Positions 47,140 to 57,653 of a DNA stretch of 64,000 bases are shown piece by piece (the stretch's first letter is position 1; each line of letters begins with the position of its first letter). The DNA is taken from positions 50,289 to 114,288 of the forward strand of contig CAVSFE010000002.1 of the NCBI GenBank assembly GCA_963727315.1, written 5' to 3'. The translations under genes and the position numbers were made by a program. This stretch comes from an uncultured Chloroflexia bacterium (lineage in GTDB: Bacteria; Chloroflexota; Dehalococcoidia; Dehalococcoidales; RBG-16-60-22). The notes beneath the pieces were generated by a model, which was not told the origin of the DNA, searched no databases, and was given only the letters and a program-made list of their open reading frames with translations.

Positions 47140-47338
47140 ATTCGTTTTACGTTTTTTTATTTTGGATTTTGAAGCTGATTCGCTTTATTTTATAGCTGAT
47201 ATTCGTTTTTCTATTTATGTTAAATAAGCTTCAAAATCAGGGTTATTCGTTTTTCTATTTATGTTAAATCAGCTTTAAAATCCGGGTATTCGTTTCACGA
47301 TTTAAGGCATTCGTTTTGAGATTTATGTTAAGTCAGCT
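47140..47338. repeat. AT-rich degenerate direct repeats
   Basis: 43-nt unit at 47201 and 47245 (40/43 identical), partial copies at 47288 and 47309, ATTCG(T/C)TT cores also at 47140 and 47178. Confidence 0.8.
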
Positions 47339-47514
47339 AATAACGTTGCGAATCATGGGTCGCTGCGCGCTCCGCAAGGAGTTAAAGGGTGAGAGATGCT
47401 CGCGCGAAGCTCAACCATGTTTCGCCACCGAATCGTCTTATATAATAATAAGGGAATCGGGGGATAGAAGGAAGGGGATTCTGTCATTAAAAAACGAAAG
47501 ACGGTACTAATCAC

Positions 47515-48159
47515 TTACTTCCTCACCACCGCCCTCGCCAGGTCCCACGCATACTCGTAGAGGTGCAGCCCTTTGCTCATGGCTGCCAGCTCTCCGTCCT
47601 CCACGCCTATCTCGCTGGCCATATATTCTTTCAGAAGCTGGATGGCCGCCAGGTTCGAAGGAAAGCCTGCCCACAGGTCCCACGACCGGAAATAAACGAT
47701 GAAGTTCAGGCGGCCGTGGCGGATTCTGGTATCTATCATCCTCAGACACGGCGGGTCGGGCAGGAATATCGATTTCTCGTTGCCCACGTCCATGTACGCC
47801 TGATTGGTGTTATAGCCGTCCTCCTTGTACATCCTGATGACCTCGGCGATTTGTTTTTCCAGGTATTGCCCGTAGGTATATTGTTCGCCCTTCTTTTTAT
47901 GTGAAGTCATCAGGTACGGCAGGTAGCTCTCGACGTATTCCATGGTGCTGGGCGGCGGCACGCCCTGGGGCACGTCCGGTATCAGCGGCCGCGTCCCGGG
48001 ATACGCCACTTTTACGACGACGAGGTCCAGCTCTTGGCGCTTCTGCCCGGCGTAGCTCCCCCGGTCGATTTTATATTCGTATCCCTCGTCGAGCGTCTGG
48101 CGCAGGCAGACGAACCACGCCTCGGCCAGGTCTCTCGCCTCGATGACGGATATCTTCAT
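47515..48159 (-). CDS. thyA: Thymidylate synthase, short archaeal-like type
   Basis: YTYG, DPPCL, FRSWDLWAGFPSN, LHLY; start ATG 48159 overlapping upstream stop (ATGA). Confidence 0.85.
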   Translation of the reverse strand: MKISVIEARDLAEAWFVCLRQTLDEGYEYKIDRGSYAGQKRQELDLVVVKVAYPGTRPLIPDVPQGVPPPSTMEYVESYLPYLMTSHKKKGEQYTYGQYLEKQIAEVIRMYKEDGYNTNQAYMDVGNEKSIFLPDPPCLRMIDTRIRHGRLNFIVYFRSWDLWAGFPSNLAAIQLLKEYMASEIGVEDGELAAMSKGLHLYEYAWDLARAVVRK

Positions 48160-48860
48160 CGGCGGCCTCTGACTAAAGCGAAGAACCTGTCCTGGTATTC
48201 CTCGAAGGCGCCCCACCGGTTCAGTTCCGCCTCGAGTTCGTGGGCTCTGAGCTCCCCCCGGGCGACCTGCGCGAACATCTCCTCGATGACCTGCCTCGCC
48301 CCGATGGGTATGCCCCCGTGGCTCATCCCGAGGAGCCCCCTCGAACCAAGCTGCGCGATATTGCTCGGGGCGGACCGACTGCTCACTTCGTAGATGAATT
48401 TCAGCAGCGACACGTCCCAGAGGTCGTCCTGCCCCTTGATTATCGATATCAGCGGGTCGCCCTTTTTATCGATGTCGGCGTTAAGCTTGTCCACCACCGC
48501 CGGCCACCTGTCGGAGACGATGTTAAGGCCCTTGGGCTCATTTTTATAGGTATAGAATAGACCCGGGGCGTTGGGACCGTGCATCCGCAACAGTGTCTCG
48601 AAATACCGCCGGGCGTCGTAGCTGAACCCTTCGATATGGGTGAGGTAATACGGCGTGACGATTTTCGGCCTCTCGGCGATGACCCTGCCCTCCCGGATGA
48701 CCGTTTCGTCAGTCTCATTGGTTATCTCCGAGTAAATCGGCTCGGTGATGAGGTAGTAATAGATATTGGTGATGCCGAACGTGGCCAGGTGCTGCCGGGG
48801 ATGCCTTAATATCTCCGTGTGGCGGGCCGCATTTTCAATCCTTTCGCTATCGATGTCCAT
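48156..48860 (-). CDS. Hypothetical protein
   Basis: Likely start ATG 48860 (MDIDSERI); translationally coupled to thyA. Confidence 0.75.
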   Translation of the reverse strand: MDIDSERIENAARHTEILRHPRQHLATFGITNIYYYLITEPIYSEITNETDETVIREGRVIAERPKIVTPYYLTHIEGFSYDARRYFETLLRMHGPNAPGLFYTYKNEPKGLNIVSDRWPAVVDKLNADIDKKGDPLISIIKGQDDLWDVSLLKFIYEVSSRSAPSNIAQLGSRGLLGMSHGGIPIGARQVIEEMFAQVARGELRAHELEAELNRWGAFEEYQDRFFALVRGRR

Positions 48861-48868
48861 GGCTCTCT

Positions 48869-49459
48869 TTAGTTGATGACCGCCAGTTCCCGCTTGTATT
48901 CGTCGAGCAACGTCAGGTACTGCGCTTCCATCTGGGCCTGGAGCCTCTGCCATTCCTCCAGGAACTGGGGTTGTTTTTCTACATCGATGTTCACCCGCGC
49001 ATCGACTCCTGTTTTTTGCCTGATAGCCTGCTGCACTTTTTCTTCGAACTCAGCCTTTAAAGATTCGTAGGCCTGTTTCTTTTGCTTGGCACCTTCCTGG
49101 ATATAGTGGTCGAGGACATGCCTCATCCGGCTGAAAACATTCTCCACGGCGACCTTATCGTTCTTCAATGCTTTGATGCCGTCCATCGACTTTTTATTGG
49201 TCCGCCGGGCGGCTTCGTTCCGGGGCAGGCTGATGTTCCTTAGAAGAATATCGTTGACGCTGGCGATAACAAATCGCTTCGCTTTATCGTCATACTTTTT
49301 AACCTCATTGATGAGGTTGGTGTCCTCTTTGAGATACAGGGCGGCCAGCTTTTCCCCCTCCGGCCCGTATTTCCACTTAAGTCGCTCCTGTTCGGTGGGT
49401 TCGCCTATCTTCTCCAGCTTCTCTCTGGCTATCTCGGCGGCGCTTTTTATCTCGCCCAT
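48869..49459 (-). CDS. Hypothetical helical protein
   Basis: Likely start ATG 49459 (MGEIKSAAEIAREK) with GGAGG RBS. Confidence 0.75.
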   Translation of the reverse strand: MGEIKSAAEIAREKLEKIGEPTEQERLKWKYGPEGEKLAALYLKEDTNLINEVKKYDDKAKRFVIASVNDILLRNISLPRNEAARRTNKKSMDGIKALKNDKVAVENVFSRMRHVLDHYIQEGAKQKKQAYESLKAEFEEKVQQAIRQKTGVDARVNIDVEKQPQFLEEWQRLQAQMEAQYLTLLDEYKRELAVIN

Positions 49460-49577
49460 TTCAGACCTCCGAATTTGAAAACCACCCTTTTTCAGCTTCA
49501 GTAATATTATACTATATCTTGCAGTATGCAAAAAGGCATTGTATTATTAGTCAAATCACTCGGGATTTCTATTAAAA

Positions 49578-49988
49578 ATGGAAAACGAATTGATTAAACG
49601 TAAAAAGTGGTTACGGCGGGCCGGTCTGATTGCCGGTATTGCTGGAATAATAGAAATAATAATCTGGGGATTGTACCGTTTTGAGGGCGGGCCAAGCTGG
49701 ATTGCCTTAATCCCATCCAGTATATTTGATATCCCACTTATAGCCGGTTTGATTGTTAGCTGGAAGTGGCCATTTATTGGTGGTCTCTATTTGATTGGGA
49801 TGGCCGTAGTAATATTTATCGCGGTTATAGTGATATATTTTGGGAGACCAGTGGTTAATTCAACTACAGAGCTATTTATGTATGCCATTACTCTCTTCTC
49901 AGCGATAGGTCTGCCGCACCTGCTGCCGGGGATACTTTTTACTCTGTCTTCAAAACGGAGCAGCCAAAACAGTCAGCCAACATTATAA
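49578..49988 (+). CDS. Hypothetical four-TM membrane protein
   Basis: Hydrophobic helices; SWKWPFIGG. Confidence 0.65.
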   Translation: MENELIKRKKWLRRAGLIAGIAGIIEIIIWGLYRFEGGPSWIALIPSSIFDIPLIAGLIVSWKWPFIGGLYLIGMAVVIFIAVIVIYFGRPVVNSTTELFMYAITLFSAIGLPHLLPGILFTLSSKRSSQNSQPTL

Positions 49989-50009
49989 TTGGAATTAACT
50001 GATTATTAT

Positions 50010-50309
50010 CTATTCTCCGCCGCCGAACGGGGGGTATTTGTCCGTTAAATAGCCCATGTAAGCAAGCACCCTATTCCACCATCTTATATACCCCACCGTA
50101 AGATCGAACATACCTTTTGGGTATTTACCTGTAAAGAGAATAACCCAAAAAGCGAAGAATTGTACCACTGACACAACTATCCCATAAAGCCAGAGACAAA
50201 TTCCGTGTGGAAATCCCACATACAACCACCCGAAGAATACCTTAAGTAGCAGCAGGCCGCGAGAGAGTTTTTCAGGATATTCAACCTTGTAAGTAACCGG
50301 ATGACTCAT
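50010..50309 (-). CDS. DUF4389-like membrane protein
   Basis: YPEKLSRG, ILFTGKYPKGMFD, RVLAY...LTDKYPPF. Confidence 0.85.
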   Translation of the reverse strand: MSHPVTYKVEYPEKLSRGLLLLKVFFGWLYVGFPHGICLWLYGIVVSVVQFFAFWVILFTGKYPKGMFDLTVGYIRWWNRVLAYMGYLTDKYPPFGGGE

Positions 50310-50417
50310 TTTGAATCACCTCCATATTGTATAGTACGGTGATTCTACTTCCAATCTGTAACAAATGTCAAGATGCGTGCTTTAATATTTACAAACATCT
50401 ATTGAAAGATCGCTTGT

Positions 50418-52005
50418 CTATTTCCTCGATTTCACCAGCCACCACTCCAGCCCATCCGCCAGGGCCAGCCAGCTTGCTTCGATGATATTAGTCGAGCCGC
50501 CCACCGTCCGCCATTCTTTGTCCCCGTCGCTGGACTCTATAAGCACGCGCACCTGCGACTCCGTGCCGGTGCTTTCTTCGAGTATGCGTACCTTGTAGTC
50601 CACCAGTTTGACCTTCTCCAGGCTGGGGTAGTACTGCAGGAGCGCCTTGCGTAAAGCCAGGTCGAGCGCGTTGACGGGGCCGTCGCCCTCGGCCGCCGTG
50701 TGTATTATTTCCCCACCCACTTTTACCTTGACCATCGCCTCGGAAATCATTTCTTCGGCTGTCTTTTCTCGTCGAAGGCCGGCGCTTGGATTCCACCACT
50801 ACCATGAAATCGACCAGCTCAAAGGGCGGTTTATAGTCCGGCCTGGCCCGGTGGAGCAGCAGTTCGAAAGACGCCTCGGCGTTATCGTACTGGAAGCCGC
50901 GGCTTTCCAGCTGTTTGACCCGCGCCAACAGCTCTTTGACTTCTTTGTCCGTCGTCATTAAGTCTATTCCCAGCTCTTTCGCTTTGGTAACGATATTTCG
51001 CTTACCGGACTGGTCGGACACGACCGTTCTCTGGCGGTTGCCCACTTTCGCCGGTTCGATGTGCTGGTAGGCGTCCGGCCACTTGATAATCCCGTCCATG
51101 TGGTAGCCGGCTTTGTGGCTGAAGGCGCTGGCGCCGACGTAAGGCGAAAAAGGGTCGGGCACGAGATTCGCCAGCTCGCTGATATAGCGAGAGACTTCGG
51201 TTAATATGCCCAGTTGTGCGTCGCTGACGCAGTCGATGCCCATTTTCAGTTTTAAAGCGGGGATGATGCTGCACAGGTTGGCGTTCCCGCAACGCTCCCC
51301 GTAGCCGTTGATGGTGCCCTGCACCTGAGTGGCCCCGGCTTTTACCGCCGCCAGCGTGTTGGCGACCGCCAGGCCGCCGTCGTTATGGCAGTGAATTCCC
51401 AGCGGCACGTTTGTCTTTTTTCCGGCCGCCTCAACTGCCCGGGATATTTCCTCGGGTAGCGCGCCGCCGTTGGTATCGCAGAGGACCAGGCAGTCGACGC
51501 CGGACTCCGCCGCTACTTCCAAGGTCTTCAGAGAGTATTCGGGGTTGCTTTTAAAGCCGTCAAAGAAGTGCTCGACGTCCCAGAATACCGTCATCCCGTT
51601 TTTCTTCAGATAGCTTATGGAATCGGCGATCATCTTCAGATTTTCTTCCGGGGTCGTCATCAGTACGTGTCTGACCTGCAGTTCTGAGCCCTTGCCGACG
51701 ATGGTCGCGATTTTTGCCCCCGACCTTACCAGCATGACGATGTTGTCGTCCAGTTCGACCTTGGTATTGGCCCGGCGCGTGCTGCCGAAAACAGCTATCC
51801 GCGCGTTCTTGAGCTTCAGTTCCCGCAGTCGCTCGTAGAACTGGGCGTCTTTGGGATTCGAGCCCGGCCAGCCGCCTTCGATGTAGTGGATGCCCAGCTC
51901 GTCCAGCTTCCGGGCGATATGCAGCTTGTCCACCACGGAAAAGGATATCCCTTCGCTCTGCGCCCCGTCACGCAACGTAGTATCGTATAGTTTAACCGGT
52001 GCCAA
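50418..52005 (-). CDS. cimA: Citramalate synthase (apparent +1 frameshift at 50764-50767)
   Basis: [38 protein letters not shown]; C-terminal GDGPVNALD...DYKVRI in second frame; TTG start 52005 with GGGAGG RBS. Confidence 0.9.
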
Positions 52006-52007
52006 TT

Positions 52008-53103
52008 CTACCCTCCCGCCTTCGCTGGCGATGACATCGCCCATCTCTTTCGTCCCCACCCTGTTTTTGCCTTCACTCATTATATCATAGGTACGATAGC
52101 CATCATTCAGCGCGTCCTCGACGGCTTTTTCGACCGCCCCCGCCTCTTTTTCCAGCCCCAGAGAGTAGCGCAGCATCATGGCCACGCTTAATATCGTGGC
52201 GATGGGATTGACGTCGTTCTTACCGGCATGGCGCGGCGCGCTGCCGTGAATCGGCTCATAGAGGCCGAATATCCTGGCGCCGGACTGCGGCACTCCGGCC
52301 AGGCTTGCCGAGGGCAGCATGCCCATCGAGCCGGCCAGCATCGAAGCCTCGTCGGTCAGGATATCCCCGAAGGTGTTTTCCGTGACCAGGGTATCCAGGT
52401 ATTTCGGGTTCTGGATAATCCTCATGGAACAGGCGTCCACGAGCATGTGCTCCAGTGTCACGTCCGGGTAGTCCTTCGCTACCTCTATCGCCACCTGCCG
52501 CCAGAGCCGGGATGATTCCAGCACGTTGGCTTTATCCACCGAGATGAGCTTTTTCTGGCGGCGCCTGGCCAGCTCGAAGCCGACCCTGACGATGCGCTCG
52601 ATTTCCTGCTCCGAATACAGCATGGAGTCGACGGCTTTCCGTCCTTTCTCCGTTTGCCAGCGTTTCTTGGGCTGGCCGAAATAAAGCCCGCCGGTGAGCT
52701 CGCGGACAAAGACGAAGTCGACCCCTTTAATGACCTCAGGCTTGAGGTTGGTGGAGTCCACCAGCACGGGATAGACATGCACCGGCCGCAGGTTGGCGAA
52801 CAGTTTCAAACTCTTACGCAGCTCCAGCAGTCCATCCTCGGGCCGGACTTTGGCCAGGGGGTCGTCCCACTTTGGGCCGCCCACCGCCCCGAGCAGCACG
52901 GCATCGGCCTTTTGGCAGAGTCGCACCGTCTCTTTCGAAACGGCCGCGCCCTCGGTATCTATCGCCGCCCCGCCCACCAAACGGCGGTTGAGGTTAAACA
53001 CATGCCCGTATTTCCTGCCGATTGCCTGCAATACTTTGACGCCTTCGTCGATGACCTCCGGGCCGACGCCGTCTCCGGGTAAAACTATCAGGTTAAAGTT
53101 CAC
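52008..53103 (-). CDS. leuB: 3-isopropylmalate dehydrogenase (appears fused to cimA by a +1 insertion near 52026)
   Basis: [51 protein letters not shown]; removing one base gives ...IAAKAGG-stop at 52008. Confidence 0.92.
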
Positions 53104-53605
53104 TCAAATCCTCCTGGCAAGTCGCTTCTTGGTATATTCGATAAGTCCGCCGGCGGAAATCAGCTCCGACATGAATTCGGGATAAGGCCTGGCGGTAAAA
53201 GTCTTCCGCTTTGGTCACGTTTTTGATTTTGCCTTTAGAGAGGTCAACTTCAAGGACGTCACCGGTATCGGTATTATCTATGGCCTCGGGACATTCAAGG
53301 AGCGGCAGGCCGATGTCGATGGCGTTGCGGAAGAAGATGCGGGCGAAGCTGGCGGCGATGACGCAGGAGATCCCGGCCGCCTTGATAGCCAGCGGGGCAT
53401 GTTCGCGGGACGAGCCGCAGCCAAAGTTGGTCGTGGCCATGATGATATCGCCGGGCTTTACCTTCTTAAGGAATTCGGCGTCGATGTCCTCCATGCAATG
53501 CCTGGCCAGCTCTGCCGGCTCGGATAGATTGAGGTAGCGGGCGGGTATGATGACGTCCGTATTGATATCGGCGCCGTATTTAAAGACCTTGCCTTTTAGC
53601 TTCAT
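53104..53605 (-). CDS. leuD: 3-isopropylmalate dehydratase small subunit (apparent +1 frameshift at 53210-53212)
   Basis: [29 protein letters not shown]; corrected tail [18 protein letters not shown]. Confidence 0.92.
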
Positions 53606-53624
53606 ATTTTAACCTCACCCCCTG

Positions 53625-53680
53625 CCCCCTCTCCTTGAAAGGAGAGGGGGAGGATTTTTAAGAGGGGCTTCGCCCCTCTT
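53625..53680. repeat. REP-like double hairpin in leuC-leuD spacer
   Basis: CCCCCTCTCCT-tgaa-AGGAGAGGGGG and AAGAGGGGC-ttc-GCCCCTCTT. Confidence 0.65.
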
Positions 53681-53695
53681 GGACGCCATTATTAT

Positions 53696-54949
53696 CTATT
53701 TCATCACCTCGTCCGGGTGGACTATTTTACCGGCGGCGGCGCTGGCGGCGGCCACGGCCGGGTTCGCCAGGTAGACCTCCGACTTCGCGCTGCCCATGCG
53801 CCCGACGAAGTTGCGGTTGGTGGTGGAGATGCAGCGCTCGCCTTCCGCCAGTACGCCCATGTGCCCGCCCAGGCAGGGCCCGCAGGTCGGCGTGCTCACG
53901 ACCGCCCCCGCTTTGATAAATAACTCTATCAGCCCCTCGGCCAGGGCGTCGAGGTAGACCTGCTGCGTCCCGGGGATGATGATGCACCTCACGCCGGGGT
54001 GGACCTTGTGTCTTTTAAATATCAGCGCTGCCAGCCGCAGGTCCTCGATGCGGCCATTGGTGCAGCTGCCGATGACCGCCTGGTCGATGGCAACATCGCC
54101 TACCTGGCTGACCGGTCTGGCATTTTCCGGCGAATGCGGCATTGCGACCTGCGGCTCGATGGTCGAAACGTCATACTCAATCACTCTGGCATAAACGGCG
54201 TCGGGGTCCGGCTCATAGACCAGGTAGTCGCGCTTGGCTCTGGACTTTATGTAAAGCTGGGTTTTATTGTCGACGTGGAAAAGTCCGGCCTTGCCGCCGG
54301 CCTCGATGGCCATGTTAGCCATGGTAAACCGCCCGTCCATGGACAAAGCTTCAACAGCCTCGCCAGCGAACTCCATCGCCGCGTACAGAGCTCCGTCAAC
54401 CCCTATATTGCCTATCGTGTAAAGAATCAGGTCCTTGCCCCCCACCCACTTTCCCAGCGCGCCGTGATAGACGAACTTGATGGTCGGCGGCACCTTCATC
54501 CAGATGTCGCCGGTAGCCATCGCCGCGGCGATATCCGTCGAGCCCATGCCGGTGGCGAAAGCCCCCACCGCGCCATAGGTGCAGGTATGGGAGTCCGCCC
54601 CGATGACCACATCGCCGGGGAGCACCAGGCCCTGCTCCGGAATCAAGACGTGCTCGATGCCCATCTGCCCGACCTCAAAGTAACGTATCCCCTGCTCGCG
54701 GCAGAAGTCCCGCATCAGCCTCGCCTGCTCGGCGGAGAGGATATCCTTATTCGGCACGAAATGGTCGGGCACCATGACGATTTTCGCGGGGTCGAAGACC
54801 TTCACGCCGAGCCGCCGGAACTCCCGTATGGCGATGGGCGCCGTGATATCGTTGGACACGATCAGGTCGACCCGGGCGTTAATAAACTCGCCGGGGGCCA
54901 CTTCTTTTTTATCGGCATGGGCCGCCAGTATTTTTTCAGCTAAGTTCAA
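53696..54949 (-). CDS. leuC: 3-isopropylmalate dehydratase large subunit
   Basis: [35 protein letters not shown]. Confidence 0.95.
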   Translation of the reverse strand: MNLAEKILAAHADKKEVAPGEFINARVDLIVSNDITAPIAIREFRRLGVKVFDPAKIVMVPDHFVPNKDILSAEQARLMRDFCREQGIRYFEVGQMGIEHVLIPEQGLVLPGDVVIGADSHTCTYGAVGAFATGMGSTDIAAAMATGDIWMKVPPTIKFVYHGALGKWVGGKDLILYTIGNIGVDGALYAAMEFAGEAVEALSMDGRFTMANMAIEAGGKAGLFHVDNKTQLYIKSRAKRDYLVYEPDPDAVYARVIEYDVSTIEPQVAMPHSPENARPVSQVGDVAIDQAVIGSCTNGRIEDLRLAALIFKRHKVHPGVRCIIIPGTQQVYLDALAEGLIELFIKAGAVVSTPTCGPCLGGHMGVLAEGERCISTTNRNFVGRMGSAKSEVYLANPAVAAASAAAGKIVHPDEVMK

Positions 54950-54976
54950 TTCAATTCTCCATCAATATTATGACCA

Positions 54977-55384
54977 CTATTGACTCGGTCGGTGAATGTG
55001 AGGGAGCATCAGTATCACCAGCGATATCGCCGTGGCAACCGGCGAAACGATATAAAGTCCGGCCCCGGCGGCCATACCTATGCCCGCCACCGCCCAGATG
55101 GTGGCGGCGGAAGTGAGACCGATAACAGGGCCGCCGGTCTGGTGCAGGATAACCCCGGCACCGATAAAGCCAATGCCGGTAGCGATGCCGGCCGCGATAC
55201 GGGCGGGGTCGCTGCCGGAGAAGCCGTAAATAGATATGACGGTAAACAAAGCCGAACCCAGGCAAATAAGCATGTTCGTCCTCAGGCCGGCCTCTTTACC
55301 CGACATCTCCCGCTGGAAACCGATGACCCCCCCAAGAAAGGCGGCCAGGAGCAGACGCAGACTTATTTCCAGGTCTACATTCAT
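54977..55384 (-). CDS. MgtC/SapB-family membrane protein
   Basis: [36 protein letters not shown]. Confidence 0.9.
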   Translation of the reverse strand: MNVDLEISLRLLLAAFLGGVIGFQREMSGKEAGLRTNMLICLGSALFTVISIYGFSGSDPARIAAGIATGIGFIGAGVILHQTGGPVIGLTSAATIWAVAGIGMAAGAGLYIVSPVATAISLVILMLPHIHRPSQ

Positions 55385-56917
55385 TTAACCACCCCGCTTT
55401 TACGGGCGTTCAGGAGGCGATTGAGGGCGTTAATATACGCCTTGGCGCTGGAGACGATAATATCGGTGTCCGCGCCGCGGCCGGTATAGGTAACGCCATC
55501 GCTCTCTATCCTGATGAGCACCTCGCCGATGGCGTCGATGCCCTCGGTGACCGATTTCACGGTGAACTCGGTGAGGTTATTGGGCACCTTGACGCACAGG
55601 TTTATCGCCTTGTAGACGGCATCCACCGGGCCGGTGCCCAGTGCCGCGCCTTCGATAAGCGTCTTCCCGCCGGGACCGACGAGCCTGACGCCCGCCATGG
55701 GCAGGCCCTGGTCGCCGCAGGTCACCTGAAGGCGGTCAAGGTGGTACTCCTCGGAGACGGTGCGCTGCTCCTCGGCCACCAGCGACTCGATATCCCGGTC
55801 GGTGATGTCTTTCTTCTTGTCCGCCAGCTCCTTAAAGGCGGTGAAGGCCCGGTTCAGGTCGTCTTCCTTGAGGTTATAGCCCAGCTCGGACAATCTCTGC
55901 TTGAAGGCGTGCCGCCCGCTCAGTTTACCCAGCACCAGGCTGCTCGAAGGAACGCCGACCGTCCGGGGGTCGATTATCTCGTAGGTGATGGGCTTCTTAA
56001 TAACGCCGTCCTGGTGTATCCCAGATTCGTGCGCGAAGGCGTTAGCGCCCACGATAGCCTTATTGGCCTGCACGAGGAAGCCGGTCAAATCGCTGACCAG
56101 CCGGCTGGCGCGATAAATCTGCGTGGTATCGATGCCGGTCGTCAGGTTAAAGAAATCGGCGCGGGTCTTAATCGCCATGACGATTTCTTCCAGCGAGGCG
56201 TTGCCCGCCCTTTCACCGATGCCGTTGATGGTGCACTCCGCCTGACGGGCGCCGCACCGGATGGCCTCCAGGGCTGTTAGCCACGGCCAGGCCGAGGTCG
56301 TTGTGGCAGTGAACGCTCACCACGGCTTTAGCGATGTTTTTCACGTTCTGGAAAATGCCCCGAATGAGTCCGCCGAACTCGCCGGGGATGGCATAGCCGA
56401 CCGTATCCGGGATATTGACGGTGGACGCGCCGGCATCGATGACCCCTTCCAGAATCTGGTAAAGATAGGCCGGCTCGGTGCGGCTGGCGTCCATCGGGGA
56501 GAACTCAATATCGGAGGTATACTGCCTGGCCCTGGCGACCGAATCGCACGCCATTTTCAGGACTTCCTCACGGGTCTTCTTGAGCTGGTGCACCAGGTGG
56601 ATATCCGAGGCCGAGAGGAAGATATGGATGCGAGAGCGGGCGGCTTCCTTGACCGCCTCCCAGGCGCGGTCGATGGCGTTAATATTCGCGTGGGTCAGCG
56701 CGCAGACAGTCGAGTTTTTTATTTCGTGGGAAATAAGGGTGACCGCTTCGAAATCGCCGGGGCTGCTGGCCGGAAAGCCCGCCTCGATAACATCAACGCC
56801 GAGCTTTTCCAGTTGGCGCGCGATTTCCAGCTTTTCCTGAACGTTGAGAGTGCCCCCCGCCGCCTGCTCCCCGTCCCTTAGTGTGGTGTCAAAGATGATA
56901 ACCCTGTCCATATTCAT
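55381..56917 (-). CDS. leuA: 2-isopropylmalate synthase (apparent +1 frameshift at 56271-56273)
   Basis: [22 protein letters not shown]; corrected [27 protein letters not shown]; [10 protein letters not shown]; GTGPVDA. Confidence 0.93.
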
Positions 56918-56927
56918 GTTCCTCCCT

Positions 56928-57076
56928 GGAGAATTAATTCTGGATAAAAACGCCGGTCCCCCTCTCTACCTGATTAGAGAGGGGCGGATAAGGATGAGGT
57001 TAATTCTCCGCGGATAAGAACATCTATGGTACGACATGGTTAGCTACATTATATATGGTTTTAGAGTGATTGTCTA
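56928..57076 (-). promoter_or_regulatory. leuA promoter and candidate Ile/Leu leader-peptide attenuator
   Basis: TAGACA (57076-57071)-17 bp-TATAAT (57053-57048); uORF 57037-56966 MSYHRCSYPRRINLILIRPSLIR; 10-bp hairpin CCCCTCTCTA/TAGAGAGGGG; outer 10-bp IR next to SD. Confidence 0.5.
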
Positions 57077-57132
57077 GAGGGGCAGCTTTTATACCTTACC
57101 CCTTGCCCCCGGCGAAAGATGAATCGAAATAC

Positions 57133-57633
57133 TCAGATGCCGTATTTCCGCTTAAGGGCTTCGATCATTCTTAGATGCATGGGGTAATGCGAGCTGGTAT
57201 TGGAGGTGATGTAGCTAACCAGTTTTTGAGTGCCGGTCCAGGCAAATTTACCGCGGGTAAAGATATCTTCTTCCGGTATGGAGGCGACCAACGCCAGGAT
57301 GCATTCATACGAGTTTTTAAAGCCCGCCAGAACATCCTCAAGGCTACGGTTCTTATTAGCCTCATAAATGCCGCGATTTACTTCAGCCAGGACGCCCGCC
57401 TGGCGGAAATCCGGCTTACCCACTTTGCCGCCCTTAAGCCCGGCCTGATACCACCCCACAAAAGTATCTTCCCAGGCAGAGACATGCGCTAATATGTCCT
57501 TGACGGACCAGGCGCCGGGCCTGGGTGACCTGACCATATCGGCAGCCGCAAGACCTTTGAGTGAGTCTTCCAGGCGTTGACACTCCACCCGGATACCTTC
57601 CAGAAGCTGAACCTTAGTGGCGGGCCTATTCAT
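57133..57633 (-). CDS. DinB/ClbS/DfsB-family four-helix bundle protein
   Basis: WSVKDILAHVSAWE...NTSSHYPMH. Confidence 0.85.
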   Translation of the reverse strand: MNRPATKVQLLEGIRVECQRLEDSLKGLAAADMVRSPRPGAWSVKDILAHVSAWEDTFVGWYQAGLKGGKVGKPDFRQAGVLAEVNRGIYEANKNRSLEDVLAGFKNSYECILALVASIPEEDIFTRGKFAWTGTQKLVSYITSNTSSHYPMHLRMIEALKRKYGI

Positions 57634-57653
57634 GCTTCACTAATTCCAGAAAA

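Noticed and set aside
47140-47338. Possible CRISPR array
   Set aside because: Repeats abut each other without unique, uniform spacers, are degenerate, and no cas genes are present.
50418-52005. Citramalate route to isoleucine as a novelty
   Set aside because: Already established for Dehalococcoides and many anaerobes.
50488-53103. 871-aa LeuB-CimA fusion ORF
   Set aside because: Removing one base near 52026 restores a normal LeuB stop (52008) followed by a GGGAGG RBS and TTG start for cimA. It fits the pattern of other +1 insertions; read pile-up would settle it.
21750-56273. Programmed frameshifting or pseudogenisation at about 21750, 43108, 50765, 52026, 53211 and 56272
   Set aside because: All are single extra bases, mostly in short homopolymers, in otherwise intact conserved genes with no common slippery motif. 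This is typical of long-read consensus error.
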